NCBI GenBank assembly: GCA_963681965.1
Contig: OY820579.1
Span: forward strand, 1,792,001 to 1,856,000
Direction of reading: 5' to 3'
Source of the DNA: a bacterium
Lineage (GTDB): Bacteria > Electryoneota > JAOADG01
DNA: 64,000 nt
The notes below the pieces were generated by a model. That model was not told where the DNA came from and did not search any database. It worked only from the letters and a program-made list of their open reading frames with translations. A program made the position numbers and the translations under genes. The number at the start of each line of letters is the position of its first letter. Positions within the stretch are counted from its first letter, which is position 1. Positions 36,567 through 45,747 of this stretch are shown piece after piece.

Positions 36567-37517
36567 ATGCCGTTTCCAACCAGTATCCAAAAGCTATTTG
36601 AAATTGAAATTCCAATTATCCAAGCCGGTATGGTTTGGGTATCCGGATGGCGGTTGGCTGCAGCGGTATCGAATGCTGGTGGACTTGGACTAATCGGTGC
36701 CGGTTCGATGAAACCGGAATTGCTTCAAGAACATATCTCCAAACTGCGAATTAATTGCGATAAACCATTTGGAATCAATATCCCGCTTTTACGTCAAGAC
36801 GCAGAATCATTGATTGAAACAGCATTGAATGCCGGTGTGAAAATCTTTTTAACATCTGCCGGAAATCCGAAAACATACACTGAACGATTGAAAAGTGCTG
36901 GATGTATTGTTGTACACGTCGTTCCATCGGTTAAATTTGCACAAAAAGCCGAAGCGGCTGGGGTCGATGCCATTGTTGCCGAAGGATTCGAAGCGGGTGG
37001 ACATAACGGTGCCGACGAGATCGCTACGCTCCCTCTAATTCCGCAAGTTGTCGATGGAGTAAAGATTCCGGTAATTGCGGCTGGTGGAATCGCCGACGGT
37101 CGCGGAATCGCTGCAGCATTCTGTCTCGGTGCCGCTGGCGTACAGATTGGTACCCGGTATGCCGCTACTGTCCAAGCATCCTGTCATCCCGACTACAAGC
37201 AATCAATACTTACCGCTGATGATACCTCCACTATCCTGACTCTCAGGAAAATCGGAAATGCTCGTATGATCCGAAATCAATGGGCAATTCGCGCACTGGA
37301 AGCCGAGCGTGCTGGCGCGACACCGGAACAATTACGCGAATTACTCGGTCAAAAACGCGAACGATTGGGTATCTTTGAAGGTGATCTAACCGAAGGACAA
37401 TTGGAAGCTGGGCAAGCTGCTGGATTGATTCACGATCTCCCCGATGCGGGGCAATTGACTCACCAACTCTGGAACGATACACGAAAAGTGTTATCGGAAC
37501 TCCAATCCTGCATCTAA
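36567..37517 (+). CDS. FabK-like enoyl-ACP reductase / nitronate monooxygenase family flavoprotein
   Basis: PIIQAGMVW, AVSNAGGLG, AEGFEAGGHNG, PVIAAGGIADGRG, GVQIGTR. Confidence 0.9.
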   Translation: MPFPTSIQKLFEIEIPIIQAGMVWVSGWRLAAAVSNAGGLGLIGAGSMKPELLQEHISKLRINCDKPFGINIPLLRQDAESLIETALNAGVKIFLTSAGNPKTYTERLKSAGCIVVHVVPSVKFAQKAEAAGVDAIVAEGFEAGGHNGADEIATLPLIPQVVDGVKIPVIAAGGIADGRGIAAAFCLGAAGVQIGTRYAATVQASCHPDYKQSILTADDTSTILTLRKIGNARMIRNQWAIRALEAERAGATPEQLRELLGQKRERLGIFEGDLTEGQLEAGQAAGLIHDLPDAGQLTHQLWNDTRKVLSELQSCI

Positions 37518-37616
37518 CGCGTGTGATATCAACAACCGTTGTGCAGGTCAATCACATGAGTTGTTTCCGGAAGTCATGTCTTACTATCTTGTTAATTACC
37601 TGAAAAAGGATAGCAA

Positions 37617-38645
37617 ATGAAACTTTTGGTGACCGGGGGTGCCGGTTTCATTGGATCGAATTTTCTGCACTTACTTTTTGCCGAGCGGAGCGATTGGCAA
37701 GTAATTAACGTCGACTTGTTGACCTATGCGGGAAATCTGGAAAACCTGACTGCAATCGAGCAATGGGAAAATTATCGATTTGTCAAGGCAGATATCTGCG
37801 ATCGCGACACGTTAACTTTCTTATTCGAAGCTGAAAAGTTCGATGCAATTGTCAATTTTGCTGCGGAATCACACGTCGACCGCTCGATCCTCGAACCGGA
37901 CATTTTCGTTCGCACGAATGTGACGGGAACGCATACACTGCTGGAATTGGCGAAAAAATGGAAAGTCGCCCGGTTCCTACAAGTTTCAACCGATGAAGTA
38001 TATGGTTCACTTGGTGATGAAGGGCTTTTTTCCGAGACGACACCGCTCGCACCCAACAGTCCTTACAGCGCTGCCAAAACGAGTGCCGACCTGTTCGTTC
38101 GGGCTTATCATCACACATTTGGGATGGATACGATTACGACTCGGTGTAGTAACAATTACGGTCCTTATCAATTTCCCGAGAAATTGATCCCATTGATGAT
38201 CCAGAATGCCCTTGAGGACAAACCGTTGCCGGTCTACGGTACGGGGATGAATATTCGCGATTGGTTGCAAGTGGAAGATCATTGCCGAGCAATTTTGGTC
38301 GCACTGGAACACGGAAAATCCGGTGAAGTGTACAATATTGGCGGCAACAACGAACAACCCAATATCGAAATTGTAAAACGAATTTTATCAATTCTTGGTA
38401 AACCGGAATCGTTAATCCGGTACGTTCCCGATCGTCCCGGACACGATCTGCGTTATGGGATCGATGCCACAAAAATTCGAACTGAATTAGGTTGGGAACC
38501 GCGTCATTCGTTTTCAACCGGACTGAAAGCTACGATCGACTGGTATTTATCGAACCGGACTTGGGTACAGAATGTGTTGACCGGAAATTATCGAGCATAT
38601 TACGATCGGCAATATACCGACCGTCTGGCAGCAGGAAAACCGTGA
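37617..38645 (+). CDS. rfbB: dTDP-glucose 4,6-dehydratase
   Basis: GGAGFIGSNF, LTYAGN, AAESHVDRSI, STDEVYG, SPYSAAK, NNYGPYQFPEKLIP. Confidence 0.97.
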   Translation: MKLLVTGGAGFIGSNFLHLLFAERSDWQVINVDLLTYAGNLENLTAIEQWENYRFVKADICDRDTLTFLFEAEKFDAIVNFAAESHVDRSILEPDIFVRTNVTGTHTLLELAKKWKVARFLQVSTDEVYGSLGDEGLFSETTPLAPNSPYSAAKTSADLFVRAYHHTFGMDTITTRCSNNYGPYQFPEKLIPLMIQNALEDKPLPVYGTGMNIRDWLQVEDHCRAILVALEHGKSGEVYNIGGNNEQPNIEIVKRILSILGKPESLIRYVPDRPGHDLRYGIDATKIRTELGWEPRHSFSTGLKATIDWYLSNRTWVQNVLTGNYRAYYDRQYTDRLAAGKP

Positions 38646-39478
38646 ACCTTTATTCAAAACCACTGCGAATCTTTATCGACTTGCTCGCATTGATGCTGGC
38701 ATATGGTGGTGCTTATTTATTCCACTATGAATCAGGCATCTTTAGTGTCAATCATCGTGGTGAATTTATTTCGGCGGCGCTTTTTCTGTCGACTTCCTGG
38801 GTCATCGTTTTTGCGGTATTCGGGCATTATGCCGGTACCTTTGCTTTAGGCTGGATCGCCCATGCAAAGCGAGTCGCGTTGGCTGTGTCGATTGGTGGTC
38901 TTACACTCTTCTGGTTGACTTTTGAAGCGGAAAATCCGCTACCTCCGGGTCGATTTGTATTAGTGGTTTATGGTATCGGTATCATCTTACTCGTCGCATC
39001 GGGTAGAGCTGTGATGTATTATTTTCAACAAGCGCGGTGGAAAAGTGGCAAGGGGTTAGCGCGGACTGCCATTGTAGGTCACGGTCGGTGGGCGGATATC
39101 TTGGCGGAAGAATTTTCTAGTCGACCGGAAAGTGGTCATTCATACGTTGGGATGATTCGGTTACCCGGAGATACCGGCAAACTACCTTCTCCGGTTCTGG
39201 GCGATATGAACGAACTGGAAACGATACTACCGAAAAATCGCATTGAATGTGTCGTATTGGCTTGGGAACACGGGCACACGGAAGAAGTACTTCAAGGAAT
39301 TATGGCATGCAATCATGCCCAAGTTCAAGTACAAGTCTGTCCCGATTTACGCGACGAAGCTGCCTCGTGGGCACGTCTCCAAACCCGCGATGATTTACCA
39401 TTATTTGTTGTAAAATCCGATTTTCACCCCAATTGGGAGCGACTGCTGAAACGAGCAGTTGGAGGAACAAATGCTTGA
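38642..39478 (+). CDS. N-terminal (4-TM + CoA_binding_3-like) portion of a WcaJ/CpsE-type priming glycosyltransferase; catalytic Bac_transf domain absent
   Basis: IFIDLLAL, 4 TM helices, RTAIVGHG, YVGMI, PVLGDMNEL, VQVCPD. It ends at ERLLKRAVGGTNA, where KRxxD would begin the catalytic domain. GTG start overlaps the rfbB stop. Confidence 0.7.
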   Translation: MNLYSKPLRIFIDLLALMLAYGGAYLFHYESGIFSVNHRGEFISAALFLSTSWVIVFAVFGHYAGTFALGWIAHAKRVALAVSIGGLTLFWLTFEAENPLPPGRFVLVVYGIGIILLVASGRAVMYYFQQARWKSGKGLARTAIVGHGRWADILAEEFSSRPESGHSYVGMIRLPGDTGKLPSPVLGDMNELETILPKNRIECVVLAWEHGHTEEVLQGIMACNHAQVQVQVCPDLRDEAASWARLQTRDDLPLFVVKSDFHPNWERLLKRAVGGTNA

Positions 39479-40751
39479 TATACGCCGAATGCGGGAAGAT
39501 ATCGAAGGCGTCTTGACCGCGATGGCAAATCGAAATCTTCATAACCTACCGATTCGTGAATTGGTTGAAAAAGATGATCGACGACGTGAAATGCTCAGTC
39601 GGATCGAAGATCTGCGTGCACAACTAAATAAAGAATCCAAAGAAATTGGTAAAAAAGTCAAAGAGGGTGGCGATCCCGCGGCACTGAAGGCAGCGTTAAA
39701 AATTGTTTCCGACGAAATCTCCGAACTTGAAAAGTCGATGCGTGAATTGGAGGAGATCATCGAAGCTGATATGCTTCGCATTCCCAACTTACCCTATAAA
39801 ACAACGCCGATCGGAAAATCAGCCGAAGAAAATGTCGTGGTTAAATCTGCCACGCCAGAGAAGTTACCGTTTGCACCGAAAAGTCATTTAGAACTGGCAC
39901 AGCGCTTAAACCTGTTCGATTTCGAACGCGCATCCAAGCTTTCCGGTAGTGGTTTTCCACTCTATTTAGGTATTGGTGCTCGCTTGGAACGTTCACTCTG
40001 GAATTTGTTTCTCGATACTCACACTAAAAACGGTTATCGCGAAGTAATTCCCCCATTGATGGTGAACCGTGAAACTGCGCGTGGTACCGGTCAATGGCCG
40101 AATTTAGCCGACGACATGTACAAGGTTGAAGGGGAAGAACTATATTTAATCCCTACGTCGGAAGTACCTATTGCGAATATCTTCCGGGGCGAAATTCTCG
40201 ACGGTTCTAAAATGCCGTATCGATTTGCTGGATATTCACCTTGTTTCCGTCGCGAGGCTGGTTCCTACGGAAAGGATACCCGCGGTTTTCTGCGCGTTCA
40301 TCAATTCAACAAAGTCGAGATGATCTGGTTGACCTTGCCAGAGCGGTCGTATGATGATTTGGAAGTGATGACTGGTCATGCTGAATCTATCTTGGAAATG
40401 CTCGAGATACCCTATCGTCGATTGGCGCTCTGTTCCGGGGATATCGGTTTCTCCTCGGCAAAAACGTATGACTTGGAAGTTTGGTCGCCATTCGAACAGC
40501 GCTGGCTGGAAGCATCGAGTTGTTCCAATTGTGAAGATTTCCAAGCCCGACGCATGGCATTGCGATTCCGTCGCGAACAGGGAGCAAAACCGGAATTAGT
40601 GCATATTCTCAATGGCAGTGGCTTGGCAACTTCTCGCGTCATGGTGGCATTACTGGAAAATCACCAAACCGAAGAAGGATCGATCGCGATTCCCCCGGTT
40701 TTGAGACCGTATCTCTGTGGAAAAACACATATTACCATTGATGACGTATAA
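39471..40751 (+). CDS. serS: Serine--tRNA ligase
   Basis: MLDI, IPNLP, LIPTSEVP, CFRREAGSYGKDTRG, HQFNKVE, SSCSNCEDFQARR, LNGSGLA. Confidence 0.98.
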   Translation: MLDIRRMREDIEGVLTAMANRNLHNLPIRELVEKDDRRREMLSRIEDLRAQLNKESKEIGKKVKEGGDPAALKAALKIVSDEISELEKSMRELEEIIEADMLRIPNLPYKTTPIGKSAEENVVVKSATPEKLPFAPKSHLELAQRLNLFDFERASKLSGSGFPLYLGIGARLERSLWNLFLDTHTKNGYREVIPPLMVNRETARGTGQWPNLADDMYKVEGEELYLIPTSEVPIANIFRGEILDGSKMPYRFAGYSPCFRREAGSYGKDTRGFLRVHQFNKVEMIWLTLPERSYDDLEVMTGHAESILEMLEIPYRRLALCSGDIGFSSAKTYDLEVWSPFEQRWLEASSCSNCEDFQARRMALRFRREQGAKPELVHILNGSGLATSRVMVALLENHQTEEGSIAIPPVLRPYLCGKTHITIDDV

Positions 40752-40899
40752 TTATCGAAGGTATCAAATTTTACCTTTCGACGCGTCGACCAAATTATTC
40801 CGATACGAGATTGATCATTCAGGGTCGTATCACTGAGAAATACTAATAAAGGATGTTCTGCCGATTAACAGATTTTCATTAATTCGGCAACATGAAGAG

Positions 40900-41571
40900 A
40901 TGAACTGGGAACACCGAAATCATTTTCAACGCAATTTGCGGATGATCCTCGAAACTGCACACCGGCTTGATGCCAAGGGATTTGTCGCAGCAAACGATGG
41001 CAATATCTCCGCACGAATCGATTCCGAAACGTTTATTTGCACGCGTTCGGGTTCGGTAATGGGTCGGCTTGAACCCACCGACATTCTCGCATCGGATCTT
41101 GCTGGCAAGCGCATTGATAGTCCCTTTCACCCGTTGTTACCGCAAGAGTATCGAGTAACTTCCGAGTGGAAATCGCATTCCGCGATTTATGAAGTTCGAT
41201 CCGATGTACAAGCAATCGTCCATGCCCATCCACCGTTTGCCACAGCATGGGCAACTGCTCGCCAACAATTGCCGGAATGCGTTTTACCGGAAGTAACGGT
41301 CTTACTTCGCGAAGTGCCGTTAATTCCGTTCGCTGTGCCGGGATCGATCGAATTGGCTACTTTTGTGAGTGGAACTGCGCGTGTATCAGATGTCATGATG
41401 CTTTCCAACCACGGAGTCATTGCTATCGGTTCAAGTATTTTCGAGGCGCTGGATCGCCTCGAACGGGTCGAACATGCCGCGAAAATCATGTTACTTTCAC
41501 GGATCTTGAATGGTCCGGTACAACTGATGCCTTCGGAAGTAGCTGCTTTATCGGCGCTATTTTCTTCGTAG
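40900..41571 (+). CDS. Class II aldolase/adducin family protein (FucA-like)
   Basis: DGNISAR, TSEWKSH, VHAHPP, LSNHGV. Confidence 0.92.
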   Translation: MNWEHRNHFQRNLRMILETAHRLDAKGFVAANDGNISARIDSETFICTRSGSVMGRLEPTDILASDLAGKRIDSPFHPLLPQEYRVTSEWKSHSAIYEVRSDVQAIVHAHPPFATAWATARQQLPECVLPEVTVLLREVPLIPFAVPGSIELATFVSGTARVSDVMMLSNHGVIAIGSSIFEALDRLERVEHAAKIMLLSRILNGPVQLMPSEVAALSALFSS

Positions 41572-41599
41572 AGTAAGCAAACCACCATTCACGACAACC

Positions 41600-42541
41600 A
41601 TGCCCAATAACTTACCTCCCAGCACTACTGAAACAGCACTCAAGCGGCGCTGGAGACGTGCTACCGGAGGACATTGGCTTGCCCGGATAATTTCTATCTT
41701 ATTGGCATCGGTTGTTTGGCTGGCGGTATTATCCGAAGAAAATATTGAACGAACCTTATCTATTCCCATTGTTCCGTATGCCGATCGCGACAATTTAATG
41801 TGGATCGGTGATCCCCCTGGCGATGCGGTTGTTCGAGTGCAGGGAAAAGCCCGCTCGATCTGGTGGTTGATTTATATTACGCCCCCCGAAATTCGAATTC
41901 CACTGAGTTCCTTACCATCGGAAGGAGAAGTAAGACTCCGACTCGATATGGTCGAGTTGTCGCAACGCGCCGACGTGAAGATCGTTGCGATATTGAAACC
42001 GGATATTTTGCCAGTACGGGTCGAACGATTTACCAATCGAATTATCCCCATAAAACCGCAAATTACGATTGTGCCGGAAGATGGATTTATTGTCGCGGGT
42101 CAACCAACACCTTTCCCCGCTGGGGTTGAAGTTTCAGGAAACCGAACCAAATTGTTCGAAATCGATTCGGTTGTGACCGAGCCGTTGACGATTAAAAACT
42201 CTGCATCACCCGGAACCGTGCGAATGAAATTGGCAAAGATTCCCGGTGTAAAACTAGGATTGTCCACTGTAGAAGTGCGGTATACAGTCGAGCGACTCGT
42301 CGAAGAACGAATCGAAAATATCCCGGTGACTGTTCCCAATGGTTGGATCGTAGAACCCCCTTGGGTTACGTTGAAAGTGAGTGGTCCCGGTTCATTGTTA
42401 CTCGAATTGCGAAAACATGTACCAAAAGCGCGCTTATCGCAACCGATTACAGCGACCGATGCCGTTCCGGTAATTGAGTTACCGGCAATGGTAAAAATGG
42501 TTAGTATCATTCCGCAAACGGTGAAAGTCCGCCGGAAATGA
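41600..42541 (+). CDS. YbbR/CdaR-like membrane-anchored protein
   Basis: RIISILLASVVWLAV TM anchor followed by about three YbbR-like beta repeats (VRVQG, VEVSG, LKVSG). Confidence 0.75.
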   Translation: MPNNLPPSTTETALKRRWRRATGGHWLARIISILLASVVWLAVLSEENIERTLSIPIVPYADRDNLMWIGDPPGDAVVRVQGKARSIWWLIYITPPEIRIPLSSLPSEGEVRLRLDMVELSQRADVKIVAILKPDILPVRVERFTNRIIPIKPQITIVPEDGFIVAGQPTPFPAGVEVSGNRTKLFEIDSVVTEPLTIKNSASPGTVRMKLAKIPGVKLGLSTVEVRYTVERLVEERIENIPVTVPNGWIVEPPWVTLKVSGPGSLLLELRKHVPKARLSQPITATDAVPVIELPAMVKMVSIIPQTVKVRRK

Positions 42542-43548
42542 TTGTACTCGGCATCGAAACCTCCTGTGATGAGACGGCTGTAGCGCTTGTCAACGAAAAC
42601 TATCAGATATTGGCACAACGTCTCACCCGACAATTAGAGCATGAACGGTGGGGAGGAGTGGTTCCGGAAACGGCATCGCGTGCTCATCTTGAATTACTGG
42701 ATCAAGCAGTCTGCGATGTGTTAAATGAGACGGGGCTAACTGCACCGGAGCTCTCTGCTGTTGCCGCAACGATCGGTCCCGGGCTTGCTGGCGCGCTCTG
42801 GGTTGGTGCCGCCTATGCCGACGGTTTTTCGCTTGCGTCCGGGATTCCACGAATTGGTGTACATCATTTGGAAGCACACTTATGGGCGGTTCTGCTGCAA
42901 CCCGATCCGATTCAGACACCATTTTTATCACTGTTGGTTTCCGGTGGACACACACTCTTGATCGAAGTACGTGGCTTTCGTGATTATCAAATCTTGGGGA
43001 CAACCCGGGATGATGCCGTCGGTGAAGCATTCGATAAAGCTGCAAGACTGTTGAATTTAGGATTCCCCGGTGGTCCTGCCATATCTGCTGCGGCTGCGAC
43101 GGTTTCAGAGGATACGGCATTACCCCCACTTCCTATCGCATCTCTATCTCCCAGTTTCGATTTTAGCTATAGTGGATTGAAGTCGGCACTTCGCCGGGGA
43201 TTGGATCTTCATCCTGAAGTTCCGGCTGCTCTTTGGGCGAAATCATTCGAACGAGTCGCAGTCGAAGCGCTCGTTCGTCCAGTTGTACGAGCGTGGGAAA
43301 CCCGTAAGTCGATGCCGTTGGTGATCGGTGGTGGTGTCGCAGCCAATCGATTACTTCGACATCGACTACAGCAGGAAGCTGATCGAATTGGATCGCGATT
43401 TTACGCTGCACCTCCCGAATATTGCACCGATAATGGTGTTATGATCGCCGTAGCTGGAATCGAGATCCTCCGCAATCGACTCGTTGACGATCAAGTGTGG
43501 ACGATTCATCCGCGTTGGTCGATTACATCGTTAGCAGGGCAATCATGA
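42538..43548 (+). CDS. tsaD: tRNA threonylcarbamoyltransferase TsaD
   Basis: LGIETSCDET, GGVVPETASRAH, HHLEAH, LVSGGHT, DDAVGEAFDK, SYSGLK, CTDNGVMIA. Confidence 0.98.
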   Translation: MIVLGIETSCDETAVALVNENYQILAQRLTRQLEHERWGGVVPETASRAHLELLDQAVCDVLNETGLTAPELSAVAATIGPGLAGALWVGAAYADGFSLASGIPRIGVHHLEAHLWAVLLQPDPIQTPFLSLLVSGGHTLLIEVRGFRDYQILGTTRDDAVGEAFDKAARLLNLGFPGGPAISAAAATVSEDTALPPLPIASLSPSFDFSYSGLKSALRRGLDLHPEVPAALWAKSFERVAVEALVRPVVRAWETRKSMPLVIGGGVAANRLLRHRLQQEADRIGSRFYAAPPEYCTDNGVMIAVAGIEILRNRLVDDQVWTIHPRWSITSLAGQS

Positions 43549-45560
43549 CTGTAGCAACTTCTTCGGCATTTTCACCACTCTGGTGGATACCAATATTGCT
43601 GATTGCAGTTGCGATCGGTGGTTGGTGGGGATACCGTAAAACAACACCGGATCTGACACGCAAACAACGTATTGGATTAGGTATGTTAAGAGGTGTTGCG
43701 TTAGCGCTTCTAGTATTGGTCTTTGCCGGATTCGAAGCGACACTGGTACGTTTCCATCAGCGACCCTATCGACTATCGGTTCTTATCGATGGTTCCGAAT
43801 CGATGATCCTGTCTGATCGAAATGGATCGAGGCGAGAAGCAGTCCGAACAATTTTAGAGAAGATTCCGTCAGGTCGTATCGATCGAGCAGTATTAGTAGC
43901 TGATTCGATTGTGTATGGTTCGAATCCAGCTGCACTTTGGCAATCGAGTTGGATTCCCGCGAACTACTCCTCTGCCACCCGCATGATGAAGGCGACAGCC
44001 TCCGATCCGCCAACGGACGGTGTCCTTTGGGTGACCGACGGCGCAGTTGAAGAAGCCGATCGCATTCCTTACCCGCAGAAGAGTGTCTGGGCGATTGCAG
44101 TCGGTGATACACTCCCGCCACCCAATGCATATCTTGGTGATCCCGATATTCCACTTCGAGTGATTGCTGGTAAATCGGTTTCGATTACCGTTCCGATTGG
44201 GGCGGAAGGACTGGCAGGTCGGTCCGGATCGCTAGAGCTAAAGATGAGTGGCGGAACTACTACGGTACGCAATCTGACACTTCCCGTAGATGGCGCTCGC
44301 GATACAGTCACTCTATCTATAAAGGCGTCTGCTCCCGGTTGGCGAACCTTGATGATAACGCTTACCGTTCCCGGCGATTCCCTATTGACTGACAATCAAT
44401 TGATCGTCCCGATTTATGTTCGAGTAGCACAACTTCCTGTGACAATAGTCTATGGAAATCTTCATCCGGATATTGCCGCTATCAGACGGGCGCTGGAAGC
44501 TGATTCTGGCTTCTTGGTCACTGCAATTCCCGAAGTACAGGCGAATCAACCTCCGAGTAGTGGTATCCTATTTTTAATGCATTCTCCCCGGGAAGGGATG
44601 CCGTCGGGAAATGTTGTCGCGAAATGGGCAGCAAATTTCGATCGTGGAATGCTTTGGCTACCCGGTTCCGCCGGTTGGTCACCAAATCTCGCCAAGCAAT
44701 TTGCCAATAGCGATCTTCGGTATCGAGGTGCTGGCGAAGTTAAATCGGTTGTGCCGATACCAACCAGAGAACGATTGCTTTCGGGTTCGAGTATCGAACC
44801 GGATTGGGGGCGATTACCTCCCGTTGCCGGAAAACGCAATGCATTTTCAGCAGCATCAAATGTTGCTGCTACAATCGAGGGAACCGATCCAGCAGTTATT
44901 CTTCAATCGGGTAATGTCAATCGCGCCGCAGTATTCGTCTGGGATCTTTGGCGATGGCAACAAGCACCGATTGAATCCGGACGCCCTTCTGCAGTGGATC
45001 GGTTCTGGCGATCGTTAGCGGAATGGTTGGCAGCCGATCGATCGAAAACGTTCCGATCAGTTCCGGATCGTCACTATTCGGTAGGCGTACCCGGATCGCT
45101 GGAAGCGATTTGGTTTGCACCAACTGGCGAACCAATCACTGGTGCTGTGGTTGCGATGGAAACAGGCAAAGAGAAAATCCTTTTGGAAGAACGCGATCCC
45201 GGGCGATATGCCGCGAAATGGCAACCGAAGCAGGCTGGTGAACAGTCACTTCTATTCCGAGGAACGACTACCGATAATCAAATAGCCGTAGATACGCTTC
45301 ATATCGCAGTCGATCGCTTCTCTTACGAACATCAGAATGCCATCGCCTTTCCAAAACGGCTGGCAGAATCTTCACAAACCGGTGGGGGGCTCGTTCCTCC
45401 TGATCGAATCCCAAATCTCCTCGATAGTCTCCACCAAGTATCGGTTCAAGATCGACAAGAATTTCCAATTAAGCTCTGGCATTCAATTTACTCGTTGATC
45501 TTATTGCTGTTATTGCTTTCAGTTGAATGGTTTTGGCGATCGCGAATCGGGTTACTCTGA
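43545..45560 (+). CDS. Membrane protein with vWA-like and Ig-like domains
   Basis: N-terminal TM pair with LGMLR, MIDAS-like LIDGSESM, WVTDG, C-terminal LLLLSVEWFWRSRIGLL. ATGA overlap with tsaD. Confidence 0.8.
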   Translation: MTVATSSAFSPLWWIPILLIAVAIGGWWGYRKTTPDLTRKQRIGLGMLRGVALALLVLVFAGFEATLVRFHQRPYRLSVLIDGSESMILSDRNGSRREAVRTILEKIPSGRIDRAVLVADSIVYGSNPAALWQSSWIPANYSSATRMMKATASDPPTDGVLWVTDGAVEEADRIPYPQKSVWAIAVGDTLPPPNAYLGDPDIPLRVIAGKSVSITVPIGAEGLAGRSGSLELKMSGGTTTVRNLTLPVDGARDTVTLSIKASAPGWRTLMITLTVPGDSLLTDNQLIVPIYVRVAQLPVTIVYGNLHPDIAAIRRALEADSGFLVTAIPEVQANQPPSSGILFLMHSPREGMPSGNVVAKWAANFDRGMLWLPGSAGWSPNLAKQFANSDLRYRGAGEVKSVVPIPTRERLLSGSSIEPDWGRLPPVAGKRNAFSAASNVAATIEGTDPAVILQSGNVNRAAVFVWDLWRWQQAPIESGRPSAVDRFWRSLAEWLAADRSKTFRSVPDRHYSVGVPGSLEAIWFAPTGEPITGAVVAMETGKEKILLEERDPGRYAAKWQPKQAGEQSLLFRGTTTDNQIAVDTLHIAVDRFSYEHQNAIAFPKRLAESSQTGGGLVPPDRIPNLLDSLHQVSVQDRQEFPIKLWHSIYSLILLLLLLSVEWFWRSRIGLL

Positions 45561-45601
45561 TCGAGTTCGAAAAAAAAATGTATAATTTTTAGCAAGAATC
45601 C

Positions 45602-45630
45602 TTGAAATTTACCGAAGAAACCCATATCAT
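45602..45630 (+). promoter_or_regulatory. Sigma-70-type promoter
   Basis: TTGAAA, 17 nt, TATCAT upstream of the MASE1 gene. Confidence 0.5.
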
Positions 45631-45747
45631 TACTCTGATATTCGAATCCAGATCATTCCTGTTTCCATCATCATCGCAGTATTACCAAATTGTTCCTCTT
45701 TTCGACAAATTGCAGTTCTTGTCGTGTAACTATGCGAGGCAAATTCG

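Noticed and set aside
40826-40845. CTGAGAAATAC, resembling the TPP riboswitch J2-3 segment
   Set aside because: The downstream CCTGAT...AATGC...AGG elements are missing, and the next gene is unrelated to thiamine.
43917-43927. GGTTCGAATCC, a tRNA T-arm-like string
   Set aside because: It lies in frame inside the vWA CDS, with no cloverleaf or acceptor stem around it.
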